32,000 nt of DNA from Microcystis aeruginosa NIES-2549 (GCF_000981785.2 NZ_CP011304.1:2460001-2492000); one strand, 5' to 3'. Positions 17,491 to 25,879 are shown, counted from the first letter of the stretch. The notes: generated by a model not told the origin, from the letters alone. Translations and numbers: made by a program.

Positions 17491-19761
17491 CTAGGACCAA
17501 GGATCGAGGGCGGAGACAGAGAAAGGATCGTCTGAATCGGAGGAGACAATCAGATCCTGATTCGCGTCTAGTTCCTGTTTTAACTGTTCCCAATCGCCGG
17601 GGTCGGTTAACTCCTCATAAACAGGGGCAGCGGAAACGATCATTTCCTTGTCCGATGACCAGTTTCGGGAAGGAAGAACTGAATTAGTCAAATCAGGTAG
17701 CTCCTGGTCGATAATAGTCGGATTTGCGCTTTTAGGGGAATTTTTGGGCGAATTTAGGCTAATTTCTCGCTTTAGTGACTGTAATTCACCATTGAGAGCC
17801 TGTAATAACTGCTCGATCGCCTCGATTCTTCCGAAAACATCCAGAGGAATCTCAGGATTATTGGCAGCAGAGAGGGAGGGTAAAGTTAATTTATCGGCCA
17901 TGACGCGGTCGATTTCCTCTAGGGTAGTATAACCTTGGCGGACTAATTCCAAACCGTAGGCGAGGAGAGACTTGAATCCTGCCTGTGTTGCCACTTTTTT
18001 GAGCATATCGGCGGGTTTATTCTCAGCGATGCAAGTTTTGAGGTCAGGGGTAATCGTAATCACTTCAAAGACCCCAATCTGGGACTGATAACCGATGCCG
18101 TGACAATGACGGCATAATTTCCCTTTTTCCCGCGCTTGGATGATTTCTTCGGCAGTGAGGGAATTAGCTTTATAAAAGCTGTATTGAGCAGCTTGGGCGG
18201 GAGAAAGACCAAATTTAGCTAATTCCTCCCTTTTTGGTTGATGTTTCAGCCGACAAACCTGACAAACCCGTCGCACCAGTCTTTGATTGATCACTCCAAC
18301 TAGGGTATCGGCGACTAGGGCCGGCTCCGCTAATTGATTGAGGCGAGCGATCGCTGCAAAGGCACTATTGAGGGGTAAACTAGAAATAACTAAATGTCCT
18401 GTCAAAGCCGCTTCTAGGGCATGGGCAAGGGTGGAAGAATCCGCCAGACGATCGATGCCGATGATATCCACATCTTGATTCCGGAAAGAGGGCAAAATCG
18501 AGGCATAATCTTGACCTTGACCATCAGGGATTTCCACTTGGGTAATACCGTTAAGGCCGCGTTCGATCGAGGTTTCCACGGTGGCGATATTAACCTCGCC
18601 CTGGTTTCGATGGGCTAGTAGAGAATAGAAACTGGTAGAACAACCGCCTCCGGATGGTGCGGTGAGCAGAATCAACCCCGCTTGGCGCTCGATCATGGTG
18701 CGTACCAGTTTACAGGTTTCTTGGCTAGTAATCAACTCATCGAGGGGCCAAAGTGGGGATCGAGAATCAAAAACCCGCAAGAGAATTTTTTCCCCGTGTT
18801 GACTGGGTAGGGTGTGGAGACGAAAATCTATTTTGCGACCGGAAAAAGTTTTGGTCATTTTTCCCTGTTGAGGTCGCGATTTCTCGCTGACATCGAGGTT
18901 AGCCAGAATTTTTAACCGTGAGATAATCGCCGGGGTCGCTTCCCGAGAAATCGGTTCCCAGGCAGAACGCAGCAGACCATCTTGGCGAAAACGCACAGTT
19001 AATTGACTTTCTTGGGGTTCTAGGTGAATTTCCGTCGCTTTGCTTTCAATGGCTTGAACAAGGATATTATTAACGACACTGACGATCGTCCCTTGATTGG
19101 CCTGTTGAATTAGACCGAGATCCTCGTCGGCTAATTCGCGGTTGAGATGGGGGAGAGATGGTCCATCTTCAAAAATATCGGTTATGTCAACTATGGTCTT
19201 TAGATCCTGTTCTTGGGGAAGACGATGGCCAGATAAGGCTTCTTCTTGACGAGAACGATAGATTTCGACCAATTTCTGGTAATCTGCCCGGGCGATGACA
19301 CGACGCTCAAACTGCAATTCTTTATCCCGGAGGATACGACGTAAATCATCGAGAATTTCCTGATTAGCGGGATCCACCATGGCTAGGTGAAGGACTTTGG
19401 GATCGGATTCTTGTTTTTGTAGGGGCAGGATCTGATAACGACGGCAAATTTCAAAGGGAAGGACTGTGCGAAACAGATTTTCGATTTCTATCCAGTCGAT
19501 CGTCTCACTCTCCGGGTCAAGATATTCTAACCCATACTTGGCTTTTAGTTTTGACAGTTGTTCGAGTCGGTAGTATGCTAGTACCTCTTTGGGTAAAGGA
19601 CGACCGGTGATCAGGGGTAAAATTGCCAGTAGAGATAAATGACTTTTCTGCTTCTGGATTATTGCCTTTTCTAGTTGCCCGATGGTAATATAACCCGATT
19701 GCACTAACTTTTGAGCAAAGGAAGGCAGCTTGGTCTGGGGGTTCTCGTTTGCTGATGACAT
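17491..19761 (-). CDS. GspE/PilB-family (T2SS/T4P assembly ATPase-like) protein with degenerate catalytic motifs and a C-terminal extension
   Basis: 756 aa. It has an N-terminal T2SSE_N/MshEN-like region (residues about 14-135) and a core homologous to secretion ATPases, including the retained tetracysteine CQVC...CRHC. However, the Walker A reads APSGGGCST, the Asp box reads VETSIE, the Walker B reads DVDIIGIDRLAD and the His box reads TGHLVISSLPLN. Confidence 0.85.
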   Translation of the reverse strand: MSSANENPQTKLPSFAQKLVQSGYITIGQLEKAIIQKQKSHLSLLAILPLITGRPLPKEVLAYYRLEQLSKLKAKYGLEYLDPESETIDWIEIENLFRTVLPFEICRRYQILPLQKQESDPKVLHLAMVDPANQEILDDLRRILRDKELQFERRVIARADYQKLVEIYRSRQEEALSGHRLPQEQDLKTIVDITDIFEDGPSLPHLNRELADEDLGLIQQANQGTIVSVVNNILVQAIESKATEIHLEPQESQLTVRFRQDGLLRSAWEPISREATPAIISRLKILANLDVSEKSRPQQGKMTKTFSGRKIDFRLHTLPSQHGEKILLRVFDSRSPLWPLDELITSQETCKLVRTMIERQAGLILLTAPSGGGCSTSFYSLLAHRNQGEVNIATVETSIERGLNGITQVEIPDGQGQDYASILPSFRNQDVDIIGIDRLADSSTLAHALEAALTGHLVISSLPLNSAFAAIARLNQLAEPALVADTLVGVINQRLVRRVCQVCRLKHQPKREELAKFGLSPAQAAQYSFYKANSLTAEEIIQAREKGKLCRHCHGIGYQSQIGVFEVITITPDLKTCIAENKPADMLKKVATQAGFKSLLAYGLELVRQGYTTLEEIDRVMADKLTLPSLSAANNPEIPLDVFGRIEAIEQLLQALNGELQSLKREISLNSPKNSPKSANPTIIDQELPDLTNSVLPSRNWSSDKEMIVSAAPVYEELTDPGDWEQLKQELDANQDLIVSSDSDDPFSVSALDPWS

Positions 19762-20056
19762 GGAATAGAGCCAGTTAAGATTGTACAGCCCACTACATCT
19801 ATATTATGCCCATTTTCTCACCGTAGCTAACAGACGGGCTATTTTTTGGAGGCAAGGGCTAACGGGCAATAGGCAGGAGAAAGAAAATTTATCGTCGGCT
19901 ACTTAGCAAGGATTGATAGTGAACACTCATTATATATTAATAACTATAAATAAATATGAAGTAATTTAAGTTTCAAAGAGAATGAACCTGATCTTTTTTA
20001 GGATGGGGGTAAAACTGATTTTCAATTTCTCAGGTGGAAAGATGAACCCAGATTAA

Positions 20057-20223
20057 GCAGAAGTGTTGAATGTTAAGATTTTGAAGATCATGACCAAGTT
20101 ATGTATTCGCTCTGATGATACGAAAAAGGACTGATTATTGACTCCATTCTCAATAGCGAATCTAATTTAGCACTGTAAAATACTGGTTTTGTGAAGTTTT
20201 ATTGCAGGATTCAACACTTCTGC
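20057..20223. mobile_element. MITE-like non-autonomous element, 167 bp
   Basis: The terminal inverted repeats are a perfect 15 bp: GCAGAAGTGTTGAAT (20057-20071) and ATTCAACACTTCTGC (20209-20223). They are flanked by the direct repeat AGATTAA (20050-20056 and 20224-20230). The element has no coding capacity. Confidence 0.75.
20138..20166 (+). promoter_or_regulatory. Candidate sigma70-type promoter inside the MITE, facing the downstream mini-ORF
   Basis: The -35 is TTGACT (20138-20143), the spacer is 17 nt and the -10 is TCTAAT (20161-20166). It lies about 93 nt upstream of the ATG at 20259. Confidence 0.35.
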
Positions 20224-20258
20224 AGATTAAGCTATCTGAACGATAAGAGGACAAGGCA

Positions 20259-20453
20259 ATGTTTGAAGATTTTAGCTATATTACCGATGAGGCTTTTTTA
20301 GAGAATTATTGGTGGGAAGAAAAAGTTATTTGTCCCCACTGCCAAGGCAAAGGAAGAATCCATCTAGAGACAGAGAATGAATCCATCCCCTGTAAATTCT
20401 GTGAAGGTCAAGGCATCATTAAACGAAAACAGGAGGAGACTAACTATCCCTAA
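20259..20453 (+). CDS. 64-aa DnaJ-type zinc-finger mini-protein
   Basis: Two CxxCxGxG motifs are present (CPHCQGKG and CKFCEGQG). The ATG start is preceded by AAGAGGA at 20245-20251. Confidence 0.6.
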   Translation: MFEDFSYITDEAFLENYWWEEKVICPHCQGKGRIHLETENESIPCKFCEGQGIIKRKQEETNYP

Positions 20454-20479
20454 AAATCTGTATAATTAGATACCATAAA

Positions 20480-20896
20480 TTAAAAATCTTCTTGAGTTAA
20501 AACCTCGGGCTGACATTGTTTAATTTTGCTATTAATCCCCACGGCGGATTCTGATTGTAGGTCTTCGATATAACCGGATTGATGGGACAAAGCTTCCGAA
20601 AAACTCTCAAAAGGACCGAAATAATAGAGACATTTCGGCTGACTGGTAGTGATCTCTACCCACCAGGGTTGAGGGGGTGAAATAGGCTTGATGGAGACAG
20701 TTTCTGGGTCAAGAGGCTTAATACTGAGAATCTTGGCACCTTGGCGCAGGAGGCGCTGTGTTTCTTGACTCATGCGGCTTTTAGGTATTCGCAGGACTGT
20801 TCGGGAGAAGCGTTGAGGCAAAGAGCCAGAAGAACCCGAAAAAACAACTTCATAGAGAAATATTTGATTCTCTCCCTGATTATTAGCCTCTAGCAT
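20480..20896 (-). CDS. CpcD-like phycobilisome-linker domain fused to a DUF1816-like domain
   Basis: The N-terminal half (YEVVFSGSSGSL...LRIPKSRMSQETQRLLRQGAKILSIKPL) resembles the CpcD/linker C-terminal domain. The C-terminal half (WWVEITTSQPKCLYYFGPFESFSEALSHQSGYIEDL) resembles DUF1816. Confidence 0.7.
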   Translation of the reverse strand: MLEANNQGENQIFLYEVVFSGSSGSLPQRFSRTVLRIPKSRMSQETQRLLRQGAKILSIKPLDPETVSIKPISPPQPWWVEITTSQPKCLYYFGPFESFSEALSHQSGYIEDLQSESAVGINSKIKQCQPEVLTQEDF

Positions 20897-21434
20897 ACAG
20901 AAAAGATTCTCTTTTTGGGGTAAGGGTTAAAAAACAGACGCTACTTTGAGCAGATGACTCAAGCAAAATCATCTCCTAACAGAGTAGCGCCTCTTGATAC
21001 CATAGCATAGAGCGGCAAAAAGTTAAGTTTCGACCTACTCTCCCCTCACAGCATAGCTTAAGGGGAGATTCTTCCACAGGAAGAACCCGATAGAGTTCTT
21101 TTATTGAGCCATCCCAGAAGACATCTATGAGGATTTTTTCTCCCGTCAGTTTATTCAAGATGCTATAGCCGAATATAGCGTTTTTCAGTCTGCTGAGGTA
21201 CAAAAGTTATGGGTTTTAGGCAAAAGGCAAGAGGCAAAAGGCAAAGGGGAAGAAAAACAGGTGTACCTTACTAGCTTAGGAAACGCTATATATAGCAGTT
21301 ATCTTAATGGTCAGGTAGGAAGTTTTCGTTTTTTGGATTCGGTTGTCGGTCGTCGATGCCCAATCCTGTTATACTTCATCTTTATGAGAAATACTGTCAA
21401 TAATATTGACAACAAATGGAGTTTTTTAACAAAT

Positions 21435-22547
21435 ATGCGGACACCAAAATTAAGCTTAGGAACCAGATTATTTTTATCCCATCTCCTCGTTATGGTGGTG
21501 GGATTAAGTAGCTTTATTATCATTGCTAAATTATCTTCTCCGCGAATGTTTGTTTTACGTTTGGAACAGTTAGAAAGGCAGGGATTTTTTACCGTGCGCT
21601 CGGCGAGAACTTTCTTGGTTAGGGGTTTTGAGACGGCTTGGGATAGTAGTGCTATTTGGTCATTTATTGCAGGAGGAAGTGCGGCTGGTTATCTGAGTTT
21701 TTTGGTTTCTCAACGCATTATGAAACCAGTAAAACAAATGAAACAAATCACTAAAAATTTTGCCGAAGGGGATTTATCGGCGCGAGTTCCAGAAAGCGAA
21801 ATCCCAGAATTAAATCAATTAGCCATCAGTTTTAATCAGATGGCGATTAGTTTAGCCGATGTGGAAAAACGTCGCCAGGAATTAATCGGTGATCTTACCC
21901 ACGAATTACGCACCCCTTTAACTGTGGTACGGGGATATCTGGAAGAATTAGCCGATGGTGCGATCGAACCTAATCCAGAACTTTATCAGAAATTAGTGAA
22001 AGAAACCCGCAGGTTAGAACGTTTAACCCACGATCTACAGGAGTTATCGCGAGCGGAATCTGGTTATCTCTCGATTAAACTACAACCTGTTAATTTATTA
22101 ACTTTGTTAAATTCTCTTATCGAAAAATTTGCCGATCAATTATTAGAAGATGGACCGACTTTACAGTTAGATTGTCCCCCCAATTTACCATCTGTAATAG
22201 CCGATCCCGATCGCCTTGAACAAATTTTAGTTAATCTGCTCGGTAATGCCATTCGTTACACCGATCAGGGTGCAATTACCCTGCAAGTGACAAGGGACAA
22301 AAATCACCTACAAATTGCCGTTATCGATACGGGAATCGGTATCGCAGCAGAAGACTTACCCTTTATTTTCGAGCGCTTTTGGCGGGCCGATCGTTCTCGT
22401 TCCCGTTATTCTGGGGGTAGTGGTATCGGTTTAGCAATTACCCGTCGTTTAGTGGAATTACACCAAAGTCACATGGAGGTAGAAAGTGAATTAGGTAAAG
22501 GCAGCACTTTTCGTTTTTCCCTAGCAATATCTCCGAATTGGGAGTAG
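21435..22547 (+). CDS. Sensor histidine kinase (2 TM, HAMP, HisKA, HATPase_c)
   Basis: The H-box is LTHELRTPLTVVRGY, the N-box is LVNLLGNAIRYT, G1 is DTGIGI and G2 is GGSGIGLAI. I prefer the ATG at 21435 (MRTPKLSLGTRLFLSHLLV...), just before TM1. The track start at GTG 21261 lies in a palindromic repeat arm; an ATG at 21384 is also possible. No response-regulator gene is adjacent. Confidence 0.85.
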   Translation: MRTPKLSLGTRLFLSHLLVMVVGLSSFIIIAKLSSPRMFVLRLEQLERQGFFTVRSARTFLVRGFETAWDSSAIWSFIAGGSAAGYLSFLVSQRIMKPVKQMKQITKNFAEGDLSARVPESEIPELNQLAISFNQMAISLADVEKRRQELIGDLTHELRTPLTVVRGYLEELADGAIEPNPELYQKLVKETRRLERLTHDLQELSRAESGYLSIKLQPVNLLTLLNSLIEKFADQLLEDGPTLQLDCPPNLPSVIADPDRLEQILVNLLGNAIRYTDQGAITLQVTRDKNHLQIAVIDTGIGIAAEDLPFIFERFWRADRSRSRYSGGSGIGLAITRRLVELHQSHMEVESELGKGSTFRFSLAISPNWE

Positions 22548-22689
22548 GGGTTTTTTCAGTGATCGGTAAACAGTAATCGGTAAGGGGATAGGGGAGAAGG
22601 GAGCGCCGGACTTGGGAGAGGCAGTTTGAGCATTTGTACTAAAATATCTAAGGGGTAGTTTAAATGCAGTGCAGCTGATAACGAGATGA

Positions 22690-23253
22690 CTATTCAGGGG
22701 AAGACAAGTCGCGGAAAATCTGGCTGGCGATGGCTGCACTCCGGCGAATTTGTTCAATTTCGGAAAGACTTTGCCAATCTTCGGTTTCTATAGTGGTTTC
22801 GCTTTGGCCATTACGCATAGTATAGGCGTAGGGACGGGCAAAAACCTCTAAATCTTCTGGAGACCATTGGGGAAAAAGCTGGCTAAGACAAACAACAAGG
22901 CGATCAAAGTTATCTAATTGACTATTAACTAGATTTTCAGCACTTTCTACTAGACGATTTAAATGTTCGGCTGGCAGTAAAGAGGCAAATTTATCAAAGA
23001 TATTAGACCGAGATGAAACGGAAACTGTCGGGAATTTTTGGTGTAAACTGCTAAAGAATCTATGAGCTTGTGCCTCGATCGCCGTCGCTTCTAGTCCTTC
23101 ACACAGAGAAAAAGGCGTTTCCGTCACGTCTAAGGGATCATTACTCTCAACAGCGGTTACATCCCAGGGATAGGTGACTTCTTCTTCGATCAGGATTGCC
23201 AGAAGTTCCGCGGTAATCTGTTCGGATAGGGATAAATAGCCCATAAATAACAC
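22690..23253 (-). CDS. Hypothetical acidic protein (conserved-looking cyanobacterial ORF)
   Basis: 187-aa ORF with coherent coding character and no motif I recognise. An alternative start is MGYLSL at 23241. Confidence 0.55.
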   Translation of the reverse strand: MLFMGYLSLSEQITAELLAILIEEEVTYPWDVTAVESNDPLDVTETPFSLCEGLEATAIEAQAHRFFSSLHQKFPTVSVSSRSNIFDKFASLLPAEHLNRLVESAENLVNSQLDNFDRLVVCLSQLFPQWSPEDLEVFARPYAYTMRNGQSETTIETEDWQSLSEIEQIRRSAAIASQIFRDLSSPE

Positions 23254-23625
23254 TCCATATTTGAGCCTTTGTGGTGTTCAACGAGTAACTACATCTCGGT
23301 TTTGACAATTCCCGAAGCTATGAACAGACTCCTAATGCCAGTCAGGCAAGAGGCACTCTTGCCATAGTAGCAATAATTAACCCCTGCATATTATTATTGA
23401 TTACTTTTTGACTTTTGCCAGGGGTTGATGAGAAAAGTGACATCAACTTGTCAACGCCTGAATTTGGTTATTGGCTAACTGTTCTAGGTTAATCGATCTT
23501 AGCTCCTGAGCAATTGTACTAGGATAGATAGAATTGCTACGGCGTTTTATTGACTGGTGTGACTAGATGATTTTGCTAACTTTCTGCTGACATTTGGTCA
23601 ATCGATCTACAGCCAAGAATATGCA

Positions 23626-23877
23626 GTGCGCTACTATCATGATGGTAAAGGCCTAGTTTTTCCCGATTGCGATCGACCTAATGGGACGGAATTTCTCTAT
23701 CAAGGTTTTTGTATGGCGGCTTGTTATCAAACCTCCGATACAAGTATTAATAGTACGGCAATGCGGCGGCTGGTAGCAACCCACGGGATGCTTTTCTCTT
23801 TTTTATCCGTCTCGATTATTGCTATTATTTTGGGAATGATTGGTAATTTAATCTCAGCAAAAAAGATATTCTATTAA
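23626..23877 (+). CDS. Doubtful ORF; at most a small C-terminally anchored membrane protein
   Basis: GTG start and no obvious RBS. The only protein-like feature is the hydrophobic tail LFSFLSVSIIAIILGMIGNLI. Confidence 0.2.
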   Translation: MRYYHDGKGLVFPDCDRPNGTEFLYQGFCMAACYQTSDTSINSTAMRRLVATHGMLFSFLSVSIIAIILGMIGNLISAKKIFY

Positions 23878-24047
23878 GGAAGTTATGGTTCATAAGAGCT
23901 TTCGTCAATGCCATAGCAATGAAATTAAATCTAGCACTTCTGACTTAATTTCCTCTCCTGTCTCAGTCTAGGTTCTCTGCACCTCACCCTGGGAAATTAA
24001 TGTCTAAATATTACCAGAATACACACAGAAAAATCTGACTTAATCCT

Positions 24048-25799
24048 ATGAAATTTGTACCAGTTGTCGATATTAATCAAAGATATTTAATGCTAACTAC
24101 ACCATCTAGAGCTAGAGGATGGATAAAAAAAATTGGGCATACTTTGCTAATATTTGTTGTAGTTTTACTACTGACTCTCACCTCTCCTCTTTTGGGAATA
24201 GCTCAAAATCCGACACAACCAGAAAACAAAATTGACGGCTTTCCAGTTATTTTAGATGGAAAACCCCTCTTTTTTATCCGACGGGGAGTTTCTTCATTTT
24301 CGGCGGAGGAGAGAGCTAACGCTATTACCCGGAGAATTGAAAGAATTGCTCAAAATGATTCTATTCCTATTGAGAACCTGACAATTGAGCAGATTCCCGA
24401 TGATAACTCACTTTATTTAAGTGTAGATCAAGAAGTAATTCTAACGGTGACTGAGGGAGACGCAAAAGCCTATCGTTCAACGCCAGAAGTTTTAGCTCAA
24501 CAAGCTTTACAAAAAATTCAGCTTGCTATCGCTCAATATCGCCAAGATCGAAAACCAGAACAACTACTTAAGAACATCATTTATACGGTTATAGCTAGTT
24601 TTGCTTTCTTGATTATTAGCTTTGCAGTTATCAAAATTTCAGGAAAACTATTTCCCTTTATTAGACGTTTAATTGAATCCTTGACACCGGGCATTCAAAT
24701 CGGGAATGTTGAGTTCATATCTTCCTCTAAAATTAGCTTCTTTTGGCTGCGAGTTCTTCGGATAATTCGCTTCTTTGTTCTGTTTTTATTACTATTTAAT
24801 TATGCTACATTTGTACTGCGTTTATTTCCCTGGACAAGAGTTTTTGGCGAGAGTATTTTAGGTTATTTTTATCAATCATTAGAACTGGTTTTATCCTCTA
24901 TTGGCCAATATCTTCCCAATGCTTTTATTATTGCCATAATCATTTTTATAACCTACTACTTAATCCGGCTAATCAAGCCCTTTTTTGCGGCAATAGAAAG
25001 AGGAACTCTGGTTATTCCTGGTTTTTATACTGATTGGGCTAAACCTACTTACAATCTCCTATTAGTCATAATTATTGCCTTAGCAGCAATAGTGGCTTTT
25101 CCCTATTTGCCCGGTTTTGATTCCCCTGCTTTTCGAGGTGTTTCTGTTTTTATTGGTCTTCTTTTATCCCTTGGTTCTACGTCAGCGATTGCCAATGTTA
25201 TTGGGGGAATTATTCTTATCTATACCCGGGCTTTTCGCATCGGAGATCACATTCAAGTAGGAGATGTAATTGGCGACCTAATTGAAAAAAACTTCCTAGT
25301 CATTCGCATTTGCACTCCCACTAATAAAATCATTACTATTCCTAACTCATCTTTATTAAGTAGTAATGTAATTAACTTTAGTATTTCCTCGCGGGAATTA
25401 AACAGACATCTAATTATTCAGACAACGATTACCCTAGGGTACGATCTGCCTTGGCGAAAAGCCCACAAAACTTTAATTGAAGCTGCTCTAGAAACCGAGC
25501 ATATCCTCAAAGAACCCGCACCTTTTGTCCTGCAAACTAGCCTAGATAATTTCTACATCAGTTATCAATTAAACGCTTACACTAACCAACCCAATTTGAT
25601 GGTAATAATTTATTCAGAACTCCATCAAAATATTCAAGATAAGTGTAATGAAGCCGGGATTGAGATTCTCTCTCCCAGTTACACCGCCCTACGAGATGGA
25701 AATACAACAACTATCCCCGAAAATTATTTACCTTCCGATTATGTTGCGCCTCCCTTTCGCGTTCAATCTTCAGACAATCAGGAAAACAACACATTATGA
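24048..25799 (+). CDS. Mechanosensitive ion channel, MscS family (large, with N-terminal periplasmic and extra TM domains)
   Basis: 583 aa. The pore helix and beta-domain signature is GLLLSLGSTSAIANVIGGIILIYTRAFRIGDHIQVGDVIGDLIEKNFLVIRICTPTNKIITIPNSSLLSSNVINFS. Confidence 0.88.
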   Translation: MKFVPVVDINQRYLMLTTPSRARGWIKKIGHTLLIFVVVLLLTLTSPLLGIAQNPTQPENKIDGFPVILDGKPLFFIRRGVSSFSAEERANAITRRIERIAQNDSIPIENLTIEQIPDDNSLYLSVDQEVILTVTEGDAKAYRSTPEVLAQQALQKIQLAIAQYRQDRKPEQLLKNIIYTVIASFAFLIISFAVIKISGKLFPFIRRLIESLTPGIQIGNVEFISSSKISFFWLRVLRIIRFFVLFLLLFNYATFVLRLFPWTRVFGESILGYFYQSLELVLSSIGQYLPNAFIIAIIIFITYYLIRLIKPFFAAIERGTLVIPGFYTDWAKPTYNLLLVIIIALAAIVAFPYLPGFDSPAFRGVSVFIGLLLSLGSTSAIANVIGGIILIYTRAFRIGDHIQVGDVIGDLIEKNFLVIRICTPTNKIITIPNSSLLSSNVINFSISSRELNRHLIIQTTITLGYDLPWRKAHKTLIEAALETEHILKEPAPFVLQTSLDNFYISYQLNAYTNQPNLMVIIYSELHQNIQDKCNEAGIEILSPSYTALRDGNTTTIPENYLPSDYVAPPFRVQSSDNQENNTL

Positions 25800-25879
25800 T
25801 AGTAAATCCGTTTTTAAGCGCTCACTATTGGCGGATTATTAATATAATGTTAATTGAGCTTAGAAGGAGATATAGCAGT

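Noticed and set aside
6806-19761. The idea that the pseudopilin cassette and the degenerate GspE-like gene form one secretion or pilus locus
   Set aside because: They are separated by about 9 kb of unrelated housekeeping genes on mixed strands (hslO, ppx, a hydrolase and others). No platform, secretin or prepilin peptidase gene is present. Any functional link would act in trans and cannot be inferred from this window.
20976-21203. 75-aa minus-strand ORF from the track
   Set aside because: It has a TTG start located in one arm of the 21144-21316 palindrome. Its N-terminus mirrors the spurious 5' extension of the kinase ORF, so it is a by-product of the inverted repeat.
21261-21434. GTG-initiated 58-codon N-terminal extension of the histidine kinase
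   Set aside because: It begins in the palindrome arm and contains no signal or TM helix. TM1 follows directly after the Met at 21435, so the shorter start is preferred.
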